64,000 bases of DNA. Origin: an uncultured Methylomirabilota bacterium. GTDB lineage: Bacteria > Methylomirabilota > Methylomirabilia > Methylomirabilales > 2-02-FULL-66-22. The stretch lies in the NCBI GenBank assembly GCA_963695995.1, contig CAVOIV010000029.1, positions 19-64,018 on the forward strand, given 5' to 3'. The notes below the pieces were generated by a model. It was not told the origin of the DNA. It made no database searches and was given only the letters and a program-made list of their open reading frames with translations. Within the stretch, counting starts at the first letter, position 1; every line of letters begins with the position of its first letter. The translations under genes were made by a program, and so were the position numbers. This document shows positions 29,666 to 39,524 of the stretch, piece by piece.

Positions 29666-30430
29666 TCAGTGGAAGGTCATGGCGCCGTTGATGCCCAGAA
29701 CCTCGCCGCTCACGAAGCTGGCGGCGGGGGACGCGAGATAGGCCACCGCGCCGGCGATCTCCTCCGCGGCGCCTTCGCGGCCGAGGGGAATGGTTCTCAC
29801 CGTATTGGCGCGCCCCTCGGGGGTGCTGAAGCGCTCGTGGAACTGCGTGGCGATCTGGCCGGGGGCCACGGCGTTGACGCGGATGCCCTTGGGGCCCACT
29901 TCCTTGGCCAGCGCCCGGGTGAATCCGACGATGGCGGCCTTGCTGGTGGCGTACACCGTCGCGCCGCCTCCGCCACCAGTGAAGGCGGCGGCCGACGCCA
30001 TGTTCACGATGTTCCCCGACTGCTGGGGAAGCATGTGGCGCAGGGCGGCGCGGCACATCCAGAATGTCGAGGTCAGGTTCACGTCCATGATGGTGCGGAA
30101 TAGCTCGTCGGGCATCTCGGCGATGGGGCAGCGCTGCACCAGGAAGCCGGCGTTGTTCACCAGGATGTCGAGCCCTCCCAGCGCCTTCAGCGTTGCCGCG
30201 ACCACCCGGTCCGGTTCGCCGGCCTTGGCCAGATCCGCCTGGATGCCGACGGCCCTCGAGCCACCGATCTTGACGGCGGCCACCACCGCCTCCGCGCTGG
30301 TGGCACTGTTGAAGTAGTGGACCGCGACCGACGCGCCCTGCTCGGCCAACGCCAGGGAGATGGCTCTCCCGATCCCCGAGGCCCCGCCTGTCACCAGGGC
30401 CACTTTCCCATCCAGCCGGAAGTTGCTCAT
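29666..30430 (-). CDS. SDR-family oxidoreductase (FabG-like)
   Basis: Intact 254 aa with TGGASGIG, NNAG and YATSKAA. Confidence 0.88.
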   Translation of the reverse strand: MSNFRLDGKVALVTGGASGIGRAISLALAEQGASVAVHYFNSATSAEAVVAAVKIGGSRAVGIQADLAKAGEPDRVVAATLKALGGLDILVNNAGFLVQRCPIAEMPDELFRTIMDVNLTSTFWMCRAALRHMLPQQSGNIVNMASAAAFTGGGGGATVYATSKAAIVGFTRALAKEVGPKGIRVNAVAPGQIATQFHERFSTPEGRANTVRTIPLGREGAAEEIAGAVAYLASPAASFVSGEVLGINGAMTFH

Positions 30431-30493
30431 GGCCGCTCCTCTCTCGGTGTCTTTGTCCGACCCGTGTCACCCGTTCTGCATGCCGCGGCACCA

Positions 30494-31516
30494 TCAGTGG
30501 GGTTCCGGTGCTATACCGCGACCGCCTGGCCGCTCTGCAGCGAGCGCTCGAGCGGCATCCAGCATGCGCATCACGTTCAGCACCTCGCGTCCGGAGGCCA
30601 CAGGCGTTCGCCCCTCTCGCAGCGCGCCCGCGAACTCGGCGAGCTGGCGCGTGTAGAGGCTCGGTGCCTGCAACCCTTCCAGGAGCACCTCGCCGTTCTT
30701 TTCCAGCCGGTACACGTTCTCGAACGGCGGACCCGCGGGGCGCTCGACAAGCCGGAATTGCCCCTTGGTGCCAACCACCAACGCCTCATGGACGGCGGGG
30801 CTGGTGCTGAGCGACAGATGTACGCTGGCGACTTTTCCGTCCGCAAACCGGCAGAGAATGTCCGCCTCATCCTCACCTTCCCACGCGGAGTTGGTGCGGG
30901 CGCCGGTCGCGTAGACGGTCTGCGGCGTCTTGCCGAACCACCAGAAGACGCTGTCGAGGGAATGACTGCCCTGGAGAAAGATGACCAGCCCGCCGGCCTG
31001 GGCCGCCGAGCGCCACCAGTCGGTGGGCGGTTGCGCGAAGGAGACGAGAAAAGTGATATGGACCCGGATGAGATCCCCGATCTCCGGCAGGCGCCGCACC
31101 ATGGTCTCGACGGCGTCCGAGAAGCGGCGGCTCTGGGCCACCATCAAGGTCACGCCGGCGGCATCGGCGGCTCGCACCATGGCCTCGGCGGACGCGGTGT
31201 CGAGCGCCATCGGCTTCTCGACCAGGATGTGCTTCCCCGCCTTGGCGGCATCGCAAACGATCGCGGCGTGGGAATCGTTCGGCGTCGTGACGACCACCGC
31301 CTGGACGGCGGGATCGCGGAGGAGTTGCCGGTAATCGTCATAGACGCCGGCGACGCCGAACTCTCGCGCCGTCGCCTCGGCCCGATCACGCCGACGACCG
31401 GCAATCGCCACGACGCGAACCTGATCCGACAGGTTCGCCGCGGCCTTCAGGTGCGCCTGCGCGATGCGTCCGCAGCCGATGAAACCCAATTGAAGCGGCG
31501 CTCTGCCATCTGCCAT
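30494..31516 (-). CDS. Gfo/Idh/MocA-family oxidoreductase
   Basis: Intact 340 aa with LGFIGCGRIAQAH and LVEKPMA. Confidence 0.85.
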   Translation of the reverse strand: MADGRAPLQLGFIGCGRIAQAHLKAAANLSDQVRVVAIAGRRRDRAEATAREFGVAGVYDDYRQLLRDPAVQAVVVTTPNDSHAAIVCDAAKAGKHILVEKPMALDTASAEAMVRAADAAGVTLMVAQSRRFSDAVETMVRRLPEIGDLIRVHITFLVSFAQPPTDWWRSAAQAGGLVIFLQGSHSLDSVFWWFGKTPQTVYATGARTNSAWEGEDEADILCRFADGKVASVHLSLSTSPAVHEALVVGTKGQFRLVERPAGPPFENVYRLEKNGEVLLEGLQAPSLYTRQLAEFAGALREGRTPVASGREVLNVMRMLDAARALAAERPGGRGIAPEPH

Positions 31517-32627
31517 TATGCGCCTCCCAGGAATCGCTAGGACCCGAGCCCCGAAACATCCTCGAGGGCTCTCGGTTCAGTTCTGTCGACTTACCCCCTG
31601 ATCCCCAATCCCTAGCCCCCAGCCCCTGTCTAGGCCTTTGAGCAGCGGCTCTTTTCCACGAAGCTTCGAGCCCTGTGTACACATCCGGGTTCACCGGAGA
31701 GTACGGCCGCTGTCCGCGGAGAACGGCGATCGCCGCCTCGGCCGTCTTGCGCTTCAGGTCCGTGACGGATTGATCCGAGTACCAGCCCGCGTGAGGTCCC
31801 AGGATCACGTTCGGGAACGAAAGCAGCGGAGAGTCGGCCGGGATCGGTTCTTGTTCGAGCGTGTCCAGCGCCGCACCGCCGAGCTGGCCATCTTGCAGCG
31901 CGCCGCAGAGGGCTTTGGTGTCCACGAGGCCGCCGCGTGCGGTGTTTACCAACAGGGCGGTCGGCTTCATCAGCCGCAGGGCGGCCTCGTTGATGAGGTG
32001 CTTGGTCGCGGCGCTCAGGGGGAGGTGAAGCGAGATCAGGTCGGCCTCCCTGAGGAGCGTCTCGAACGACACGGACCGCACCCCCTCCGGAAGCGTCGTC
32101 AGGTACGGATCGTACCCGATCGCCGTCATCCCGACGCCCATCGCTTTCCGCGCGAAGCACGCGCCGATGCGCCCCAACCCGATCACGCCCACCACTTTCT
32201 TGTGCAGGCGGTACATGGGGGTCTTCATCGTGGCATTCCAGGTTCCGCCGCGGATGGCCCGATCGTACAGGACGACCCCGCGCCAGAGGGCCAGCCCCAT
32301 CGCCAAGGCGTGATCCGAAACCTCCTCCATGCAGTAATCCGGGACGTTGGCGACCACCACGCCCCGCTCGGTGGCCGCTTGCAGGTCCACGGTGTCCACC
32401 CCCACGCCGTACCGGACCGCGACCCGGCAGCGGGGAAGTCCGTCGAGCACCCGTCCGGTGATGGGCGCGTACTGGAGGATGATGGCGTCGGCGTCCCGCG
32501 CGACGGCCACGACGTCGTCCTCGGTCTTGGCCTGGTGCAACCGGTACTCCACGCCGGCGGCGCGCAGCACCGCCTCCTCGGGAGCGATGGTCCCATGATC
32601 ACAATCCGTGATGACGACCAGTGGCAT
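31386..32627 (-). CDS. D-isomer-specific 2-hydroxyacid dehydrogenase; the last ~100 codons are a probable read-through artefact
   Basis: VGVIGLGRIG, LVNTARGGLVD and HAGWYS. The recognisable protein ends near ...PVNPDVY (about 31660). The ORF then runs through a C/G-tract spacer and overlaps the next gene by 131 nt. Confidence 0.8.
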   Translation of the reverse strand: MPLVVITDCDHGTIAPEEAVLRAAGVEYRLHQAKTEDDVVAVARDADAIILQYAPITGRVLDGLPRCRVAVRYGVGVDTVDLQAATERGVVVANVPDYCMEEVSDHALAMGLALWRGVVLYDRAIRGGTWNATMKTPMYRLHKKVVGVIGLGRIGACFARKAMGVGMTAIGYDPYLTTLPEGVRSVSFETLLREADLISLHLPLSAATKHLINEAALRLMKPTALLVNTARGGLVDTKALCGALQDGQLGGAALDTLEQEPIPADSPLLSFPNVILGPHAGWYSDQSVTDLKRKTAEAAIAVLRGQRPYSPVNPDVYTGLEASWKRAAAQRPRQGLGARDWGSGGKSTELNREPSRMFRGSGPSDSWEAHNGRWQSAASIGFHRLRTHRAGAPEGRGEPVGSGSRRGDCRSSA

Positions 32628-32679
32628 GAGTCCTCTCCTTCAATAAATCGGATGAACAGCGGTTCGGCGGCGCGGAGTG

Positions 32680-33558
32680 TCACGCAGTTCCGGCTCCGTT
32701 CGATCGCGCATAGTGGTCGAGAATGAACCGGGCAATACTGTGCTTGCCGGGAAGGTCCGGGAGATCCGTGAGGGGGAACCAGCGCGCGTCTTCGAGCTCC
32801 GTGTGGTCGGGGCGGACTACGCCGCCGGCGTAGGTGGCCACGAATCCGACCATGAGCTGGCTCGGAAACGGCCAGTACTGGCTGGCGACGTATTGGAGAT
32901 CGCGGACCTCCACGCCGACCTCTTCGCGGATCTCGCGGCGGGCGGCGGCCTCCAGCGACTCGCCGATGTCCACGAACCCCGCCACCAGTCCATATCGGCC
33001 TTTCGCCCAGAACGACTTCCGGGTGAGGAGGATACGGTCGCCGTCCCGGATCAGGACGATCACGGCCGGGTGCAGGTGCGGGTAATGGTCGTACTTGCAG
33101 CGAAGGCAACGCTTCCCCCGCTCCCCTTTGATGGCGACCGTCGGCTCGCCGCAGCGGGGGCAGTGCCAACTGGTCTCCTCCCAGTACGTCGCCTGCTGCG
33201 CCAGGCCGCAGAGCGAGAGCAGGTCATCGCTCAGCTCGATCTGTCCCGGCGCCAGCTTTTCGCGACGGAAACCCGGCGGCGGCTCCAGGCCCGGCTCCAC
33301 CGCCCCCGCCCAGCATGGCACGCCGAGATAGGTGCCGAAGTGGACGATGCTCTCCACTTTGCCCGTGAAGCCCGCAGGGATTGCGCCCACCGGAATCCGG
33401 TCGGCGCCCTGACGCTGCTCCAACAGGAAGATGTTTTGATTCTGAGTCAGGAACCAGCGGCCCTCCCGATCCGAGGGCGCGGCGCTGATGTCGGCCGGAA
33501 CGAAGCGGCCCTGGAAGCTCTCTAGGTTGAACGGCAAGTTGTCTGCGGATGGACGCAT
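32680..33558 (-). CDS. nudC: NADH pyrophosphatase (Nudix, zinc-ribbon)
   Basis: CPRCG...CLRC zinc ribbon and Nudix box GFVDIGESLEAAARREIREEVGV. Confidence 0.85.
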   Translation of the reverse strand: MRPSADNLPFNLESFQGRFVPADISAAPSDREGRWFLTQNQNIFLLEQRQGADRIPVGAIPAGFTGKVESIVHFGTYLGVPCWAGAVEPGLEPPPGFRREKLAPGQIELSDDLLSLCGLAQQATYWEETSWHCPRCGEPTVAIKGERGKRCLRCKYDHYPHLHPAVIVLIRDGDRILLTRKSFWAKGRYGLVAGFVDIGESLEAAARREIREEVGVEVRDLQYVASQYWPFPSQLMVGFVATYAGGVVRPDHTELEDARWFPLTDLPDLPGKHSIARFILDHYARSNGAGTA

Positions 33559-33574
33559 CGGTACCTCGGCTGTC

Positions 33575-34579
33575 CTATCGGTTGTCGGCGGCCGCCCGGG
33601 CGGTCGCCATGCGGGAGGCCAATCGCACCGCCTGCTGGAAGGCGCCCGGGTTCGCGACACCCTTTCCGGCGATGTCGAAGGCAGTCCCGTGCGCCGGTGT
33701 GGTGGTGACCACGGACAGGCCGCCCTGGATCGTCACCCCCTGATCGAATCCCAGGAGCTTCGTGGCGATCTGCCCCTGGTCATGATACATGATCACGACG
33801 CCCTGAAACTCCCCTTTTCTGGCGCGGAGGAAGATGGTGTCGGCCGGGAAGGGACCGATGGCGGGTATCCCCTCTGCCCGGGCCCGGGCCACCGTCGGCT
33901 CGATGATCTCGATCTCCTCGGTGCCGCAGAGGCCATGCTCGCCGCCGTGCGGATTCAAGGCCGCGACTCCGATCTTCCCGTCCGGGACCCCGGTCTCTTT
34001 CAAGGTCTGGTGCAGCATCCGGATCGCCAGCATGATCCGGTCCGGGCGGATACTCGCGGCGACGTCCTTGAGGGGAATGTGCGACGTGACCCGGGTGGTG
34101 ACCAGCCCGGCGGCGGCGTTGATCTCGCTCACGTCGCGGTCGCCCAGCCACTCCGCAAAGAGGTGCAACTCGTCCTTGTGCGGGTTGCCCCCCTTGTTCA
34201 GGGCCTCCTTGTTGAGCGGGCCGAAAACGACCCCCTCCACATGCTTGGCCCGCGCCATGTCCATCGCGACCTTCAGCATCTCGATGGTCAGCGTCCCCGC
34301 CGCAGCGCTGAGAACCCCGTGCGGAAACGCCTGCTCGGGCCACCCCGGGTCCACCACCGGAACGGTGCCCGCCGGAACGTTGCCGGCTTTGTCGGCGTCG
34401 CAGCGGGCCGCCGGCACGCTCACCTTGGCCACCTGCATCCCACGCTGCAAGAGCCACATCGGGCCGACCACCACGGGCTGGCAGGCCGCCGTCATGTCGG
34501 CAGCGGCCAGGCTCTTCGCGATCAGTTCCGGTCCGATTCCTGCCGGATCACCCAGCACCCACGCCAATCTTGGTTTCAT
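33575..34579 (-). CDS. pdxA: PdxA-family 4-hydroxythreonine-4-phosphate dehydrogenase-like protein
   Basis: LGDPAGIGPEL, ALNPHGGEHG and PAHGTAFDIAGKG. The start is the internal Met of track ORF 33575..34978. Confidence 0.85.
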   Translation of the reverse strand: MKPRLAWVLGDPAGIGPELIAKSLAAADMTAACQPVVVGPMWLLQRGMQVAKVSVPAARCDADKAGNVPAGTVPVVDPGWPEQAFPHGVLSAAAGTLTIEMLKVAMDMARAKHVEGVVFGPLNKEALNKGGNPHKDELHLFAEWLGDRDVSEINAAAGLVTTRVTSHIPLKDVAASIRPDRIMLAIRMLHQTLKETGVPDGKIGVAALNPHGGEHGLCGTEEIEIIEPTVARARAEGIPAIGPFPADTIFLRARKGEFQGVVIMYHDQGQIATKLLGFDQGVTIQGGLSVVTTTPAHGTAFDIAGKGVANPGAFQQAVRLASRMATARAAADNR

Positions 34580-34644
34580 CCCTGACTCCGTTTCTCCGTT
34601 CCACCCAAAATGAAAACCGTAGAATGTACGCGATCGCACAGATC

Positions 34645-35847
34645 TCAACGCGGCTCGCGGCTCGCGGCTCGCGGCTCTTGACGAACGATCCGCCCGGCCT
34701 GCATGACGAGCAGGACATCGGCGACGCAGCCTACGTCCTGCAGGGCATTGCCTCGGACAACCACCAGGTCGGCCGCTGCACCCTCGCGGACCGCCCCGCG
34801 GTCCCCTGCGAGGCCCAAAGCTTGCGCCGCACTGGCCGTCGCGGCCTTCAAGAGGATCGGCGGCGCTCCCCCGAGGTCTTGAAGCGTCTTGAGTTCGTAG
34901 GCCAGTCGGCCATGCATCGCATCGGTCCCGACCAGCAGCGGCACCCCGACCCGCAGAGCCTTCCGGACGACCTCGCACACCTCGTCAATCCGCCGCTTCG
35001 CGTCCTCGCGCGCGGGTCCCGGCGGGAGGTGCCCCAGGACACCTTCCGGGTGGGTCAGGACGCCCACCGTGGGGCATAGCCACGTCCCTCGTTTTGCCAT
35101 CGCCTCCAGCTGCCAGTCCGTGAGCAGCCACCCGTGATCGATCACGTCCACGCCTGCCGCGATACAGGCGTCGGCGGCTTCCCCCCCGAAGCAGTGGGAG
35201 CTCATGCGCTTGCCCGCGGCATGGGCCTTCGACGCCGCAGCAGAGAGCTGTGCGAGCCCATAGAAAGGCTGGAGCACGTCCGCGAGCCCGCCGAAGACGC
35301 TCCCGGAGGAGAACAGCTTGATCCAATCTGCGCCGGCGGCAAGATTCTGCTCCACGCACCGACCGATCGCCTCGACGTCATCCACGATGCAGGTCGCCAC
35401 CACGCCGCCCGTGCAGCGGGAGGACTTGATGCCCCGCCCGGATACGGCGAGCCGCGGTCCTTGCAGCACTCCGTCGCGAATGGCATCCCGCACCTGGACG
35501 TCGAAGAACTCCCGATCCCCGTTGAGCTTCGCCGTCGTGACCCCGGATTCCAGGTCCGCACGGAGGCCCTGCACGCCGGCCAGGACGTGCCGCACGGCCG
35601 GGTCCCGCATCTGCGCCTTGATGTCCCCGGTCTGGTGGTTGATCCCGAGGTGCGTGTGCAGATCGAACAGACCGGGCAGGATCGTCGCCTCGCCGAAATC
35701 GAGGACCTCGACGGCGTCCGCGGCGAGGGGGGCGCATTCCCTCTCGATCCGCGCGATGCGATCGCCGTCCACCCGCACGGCCACCGGCCGGGCGCCCCAG
35801 CCAGCATCGCCGTCCCACAGGCAGGACGCCCGGATCAGGAATCCCAT
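34645..35847 (-). CDS. Amidohydrolase-family metallohydrolase
   Basis: PGLFDLHTHL (HxH), DWIKLF and GTDAMHG. Confidence 0.8.
   Translation of the reverse strand: MGFLIRASCLWDGDAGWGARPVAVRVDGDRIARIERECAPLAADAVEVLDFGEATILPGLFDLHTHLGINHQTGDIKAQMRDPAVRHVLAGVQGLRADLESGVTTAKLNGDREFFDVQVRDAIRDGVLQGPRLAVSGRGIKSSRCTGGVVATCIVDDVEAIGRCVEQNLAAGADWIKLFSSGSVFGGLADVLQPFYGLAQLSAAASKAHAAGKRMSSHCFGGEAADACIAAGVDVIDHGWLLTDWQLEAMAKRGTWLCPTVGVLTHPEGVLGHLPPGPAREDAKRRIDEVCEVVRKALRVGVPLLVGTDAMHGRLAYELKTLQDLGGAPPILLKAATASAAQALGLAGDRGAVREGAAADLVVVRGNALQDVGCVADVLLVMQAGRIVRQEPRAASREPR
34650..34677. repeat. Perfect tandem heptanucleotide repeat (GCGGCTC) x4
   Basis: Four exact units. They encode the last 9-10 residues (EPRAASREPR) of the amidohydrolase and lie about 70 nt upstream of pdxA. 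Confidence 0.9.
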
Positions 35848-36064
35848 CGCGCGCCTCCCCCCCCGTCGTGCCTCACCGTGGGTCACTCCCGGTGGTTCCG
35901 CCACAAAGGTGCGGGGGACTATATCACAGCCGTCGCGCCGGCTCCACGCAGGAGCGCCGTCTGCAGAACCAAGAGGACATTCGGAGGGGTCGGCACCGGA
36001 ACGCCGTCGCGATCGAGGGATGGCAGACAGAGTTCACCGGCAGAAAGAGCGGACGCATCGTCGG

Positions 36065-36922
36065 CTACTCGACGACTCGCATCGCCCGCAGCACGTAACG
36101 CGCGCCCCCGTCGACTGCTTCCCCCTCGAGGCGGCCGGCGGCGACCCGGAGGGTGAACTGCAGCGGGGGCGAATCGGGCATCCACGGCGACCGTTCCAGG
36201 ACCAGGGACAGGGTGTCCCCGCGCAGGCGGCCGGCGCCGGCAAGGCCCCAGCGTCGCAGCCATACGGTCGCCGAGGCGGTCTGGAAGCGCTGCACGACGT
36301 CGATCGCCACGGACTCCTCGCCGCCCGGCCCGGTCAGCGTCCCGCGCCAGTATCCCGCGATCCGGGCCGGCACCGTCCAGAGAAAGACCGTGCTCTCCTT
36401 CCTGAGTCCGATGGTCTTCTCCGGCGCCGCGACCACCAGGCGGCGATCGGGCTCCCAATCGCCCATGTCCCAGTCGTGCGACACCACGCGGGTGCCGGGC
36501 TTGAGATCGAACAGGATGCGCGGCCGGAGCTCCAGGTTGACTTCCGGCAGCAGGTACATGGTCACCACCGTGGCATGCCGAAAGTCCGCCAGAAAGATGT
36601 CCTGGTGGAGAAACTCCACCTTGTCGGACACGCCCGCGCGCGCCGCGTTCGCCCGGCTCTCCGCGATCAGGGTGGGGTCGTAATCGATCCCCAGGCCGCG
36701 CGCCTGGTGCTGCGTGGCCGCGGCGATGACGATGCGGCCGTCGCCCGAGCCGAGGTCCACCACGTAGTCCTGCGGCCCCACCTCGGCAATCGCGAGCATC
36801 GCCTCCACGACGCTGGTCGGCGTTTGAATGTAGGGCACCTCGTCCGCATGTGCCGTCAACATCCCGGCCAGCACCGCCCCGAAGAGAAGCCCACCCAGGA
36901 TCGCGGGCCACGGCGACCGCAT
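36065..36922 (-). CDS. Class I SAM-dependent methyltransferase with N-terminal signal/TM
   Basis: VVDLGSGDGRIV motif I and N-terminal WPAILGGLLFGAVLAGML. Confidence 0.75.
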   Translation of the reverse strand: MRSPWPAILGGLLFGAVLAGMLTAHADEVPYIQTPTSVVEAMLAIAEVGPQDYVVDLGSGDGRIVIAAATQHQARGLGIDYDPTLIAESRANAARAGVSDKVEFLHQDIFLADFRHATVVTMYLLPEVNLELRPRILFDLKPGTRVVSHDWDMGDWEPDRRLVVAAPEKTIGLRKESTVFLWTVPARIAGYWRGTLTGPGGEESVAIDVVQRFQTASATVWLRRWGLAGAGRLRGDTLSLVLERSPWMPDSPPLQFTLRVAAGRLEGEAVDGGARYVLRAMRVVE

Positions 36923-36998
36923 CACGTTCCCCTTGTCCTTCGGCTCCGCGCGCGGCACGGTGTCGCGTCCCGCGGCCGGAAGCCCGGCTGCTCGGCGC

Positions 36999-37763
36999 TT
37001 ATTCGAGGGCGAACCCTTGCCTCTTGAGGACGTCCCGCAGTTCCGTCCGCGCCGGCTGCGCGGCCCGTCGCGCCGAGTGTTCCAGCCATCCGTACGACTC
37101 CATCTGACCCGGCTTGCCCGGAACGGGCACTTGCCGCCCTTCGTAGATCCCGGTCGCGATCATGGTCTGGTCGTACTCGGCCAGCGCCGCATCCCGGTGC
37201 GCTGGATCGTACGTCTCCCGGTACAGGATCGCCGAAGTGGGGAGGCGCGGCCGGACGACCGGCGGGGCGACGGGCCAGCCCAGGGTCATGCCTACCACGG
37301 GAAACACCAGGCGCGGAAGCGTGAGGAGGTCGATCACCTTTTGCGCGTCGTTACGGATGCTTCCCAGGTAGCAGATCCCGAGCCCCAGGGATTCCGCGGC
37401 CAGCACGGCGCTCTGGGCGGCAATGCCGACGTCCACGGCACACATGAGGAAGTTCTCGACGTAGTCCGTCACCTGCGTATAGCCCCGCAACTCGCACGCC
37501 CGGTCGAGTCGCCGGAGATCCGCGCACCACACCAGCACGACCGGCGCCCGGCCGACGTGCTCCTGCCCGCAGATCTCGGCCAGACCCGCCCGCGTCGCCG
37601 CCTCCGTCACGGCCACGACGCTCACCATCTGGAGATTCGAGGAGGTGGAGGCCCGCTGGGCGGCGTGGACCACCGTTTCGATCGTCTCCAGCGAAACGGG
37701 GTCGGCCTTGTGCTTTCGGACGGACCCGTGGCGATGCATGAGTTCAAGCGTCGGCGTGGTCAT
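36999..37763 (-). CDS. NfsA-like NADPH nitroreductase
   Basis: Intact 254 aa with HRHGSVRKHK, STSSNLQ and ICYLGSIRND. Confidence 0.8.
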   Translation of the reverse strand: MTTPTLELMHRHGSVRKHKADPVSLETIETVVHAAQRASTSSNLQMVSVVAVTEAATRAGLAEICGQEHVGRAPVVLVWCADLRRLDRACELRGYTQVTDYVENFLMCAVDVGIAAQSAVLAAESLGLGICYLGSIRNDAQKVIDLLTLPRLVFPVVGMTLGWPVAPPVVRPRLPTSAILYRETYDPAHRDAALAEYDQTMIATGIYEGRQVPVPGKPGQMESYGWLEHSARRAAQPARTELRDVLKRQGFALE

Positions 37764-37828
37764 ACGCTCTCCTTGTGTGTAGCGACGGTCGCCCGATTGC
37801 CCACTCGATACGCCCCTGCCCAGGCGAA

Positions 37829-37857
37829 CAGATAGGCGCAGACGGTTATCCTGTCAA
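37829..37857 (-). promoter_or_regulatory. Candidate sigma70-type promoter for the nitroreductase gene
   Basis: On the minus strand: TTGACA, 17 nt, TATCTG, about 65 nt upstream of the ATG at 37763. Confidence 0.3.
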
Positions 37858-38287
37858 GTGGAAATGCCGCTCGATCGTCCGGGACGGACATTGGTACCGG
37901 CGGGCGACGAACGGTCGGACGCGGAACACTGACGCGGATCGGGTTGACCGGGGTGAAGAGACCCAGGAGGCAGTCGGAGGAAAGAAGGAAGGGCATCCGT
38001 TCAGCCAAGGCGCGAGTGCTGGGGTGGCCGTCCAGCTCGCTGTCACCGTCTCCGGGGCCCTGGCGTCGAATGCCCTGGGTGTACGGTAGGCCGCTAAGCA
38101 GGAGGAGGCAAGCGAAAAGATGACCCGCGGGACAGCGGCGCTGGGGGCCTGATGCCGATTGGGGTGTCCGGCTGCGACGTCCGCGGGTTTGCGGTAACAG
38201 TCCGGCCGTTGGGCTCGCTCAGTCGTTCCCGCCCCGCCGCAGAACATCGCAAGCCCGAGATACGTGGGCGTTATGCCATATGGGCCG

Positions 38288-38316
38288 ATGACGTGCCGCG
38301 TGCGATGTCCTATATT
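38288..38316 (+). promoter_or_regulatory. Candidate promoter in an AT-rich patch
   Basis: ATGACG, 17 nt, TATATT, about 290 nt upstream of the 38609 gene. Confidence 0.3.
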
Positions 38317-38608
38317 TATTGTAAGGGGCTGTGTTGTCGCGTCTGGTGTCCGCTTGGTAGAGGCTCCCATGCAGAGCCGGTCGGTCCTGTTTGCGGCCAT
38401 CCGGATCGTGGACGAACCGGGCGCCTGCATCCACGTGACGGGAAAGGAGCCGCAGAGGAGGAGAGCGTGAGACGTTAGCGTGAAACGTGAGGCGGAAGGC
38501 GTATGGCGGGACATGGCCCCGGAGCCCTGGTGGGGGTGGTCCAAGGGCGTCGCAGCAGCATCATGGCCCGCCGAGCGCAGAAGGGCGAGGCCCACAGGGA
38601 GGTGCGCG

Positions 38609-39433
38609 ATGAAATGGATCACGTTCTCTCGGAAAATGGGAACCAATGGAACCGAAGTGGCCAAGCGGGTGGCCAGCGGCCTCGGGTATCCGCTCTACGA
38701 CACGAAAGCGATCAACCACATGGCCGAGGAGCTGGGCATCCTGGGGAGCGTGCGCGAGGTCGACGAGAAGGTGCCTTCCATGCTTCACAGAGTTTTTTCC
38801 CATGCCCCCATGGTCTATCTCGAACGACTCTACTCGGTGATCTATGAATTGGCCAGACAGGGAAATGCCGTCTTCCTGGGCAGGGGAAGTCACATCCTCT
38901 TGCGCGACTTTCCCTGTGCCCTGCACGTTCGGGTGACCGCATCGCCGGAGACCTGCATTCGGACCTTGATGAACCAAGGACTCAACCGGGACGCGGCTGC
39001 CCGGGCGATCAAGCACGGCGATGACGAACGGAGCGCGTTCGTCAAATTCGCCTTCGGGGTGGACTGGGAGATTCCCGAGCGCTATGACCTCGTCCTCAAC
39101 ATGGACAAGCTGACCGTGAACCTGGCGGTCGCCACGGTGCTCCACATGGCTCGTTCCTCGGAAATCTCCGAGGCCTCCGCAGAAGCCGTCACGTCCCTGG
39201 AAATCATGGCCCTGACCAGTAGGGCGGAGGCCGCCCTGGTCGAGGCAGGTTTCGGACGCGGACTCTATGCCTCTCTGTCCGTTTCCGTGGTGGAGCCGCA
39301 GAAGGTCCGCGTGAGCGGCAACGTGGACATGCCGGAGCGGAAAGTCAAGGCCGAGACCGTCTTGAGGTCGGTCAAGGGCGTTGAATCGGTCGAGAACGCC
39401 ATCCAAGTGGTGAGGGTCCCGATCGGAGTATGA
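38609..39433 (+). CDS. Cytidylate-kinase-like (AAA_28) protein fused to a C-terminal BON domain
   Basis: ITFSRKMGTNGTEVAKRVASGLGYPLYD at the N-terminus. C-terminal VRVSGNVDMPERKVKAETVLRSVKGVESVENAIQV is BON-like. Confidence 0.7.
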   Translation: MKWITFSRKMGTNGTEVAKRVASGLGYPLYDTKAINHMAEELGILGSVREVDEKVPSMLHRVFSHAPMVYLERLYSVIYELARQGNAVFLGRGSHILLRDFPCALHVRVTASPETCIRTLMNQGLNRDAAARAIKHGDDERSAFVKFAFGVDWEIPERYDLVLNMDKLTVNLAVATVLHMARSSEISEASAEAVTSLEIMALTSRAEAALVEAGFGRGLYASLSVSVVEPQKVRVSGNVDMPERKVKAETVLRSVKGVESVENAIQVVRVPIGV

Positions 39434-39524
39434 AGTCCTCGCGCGAGGCAGGCCAGGTTTGCGCAGGGAGCGCGCCTGACGCGAGGCACACGAATGGTCG
39501 TGGGCCTGGCGGATGTCCGCGGAC

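Noticed and set aside
38146-38175. GGGGCCTGATGCCGATTGGGG resembling a tmRNA 5' end
   Set aside because: No tag reading frame, no pseudoknots, and no tRNA-like 3' end (T-arm/CCA) downstream.
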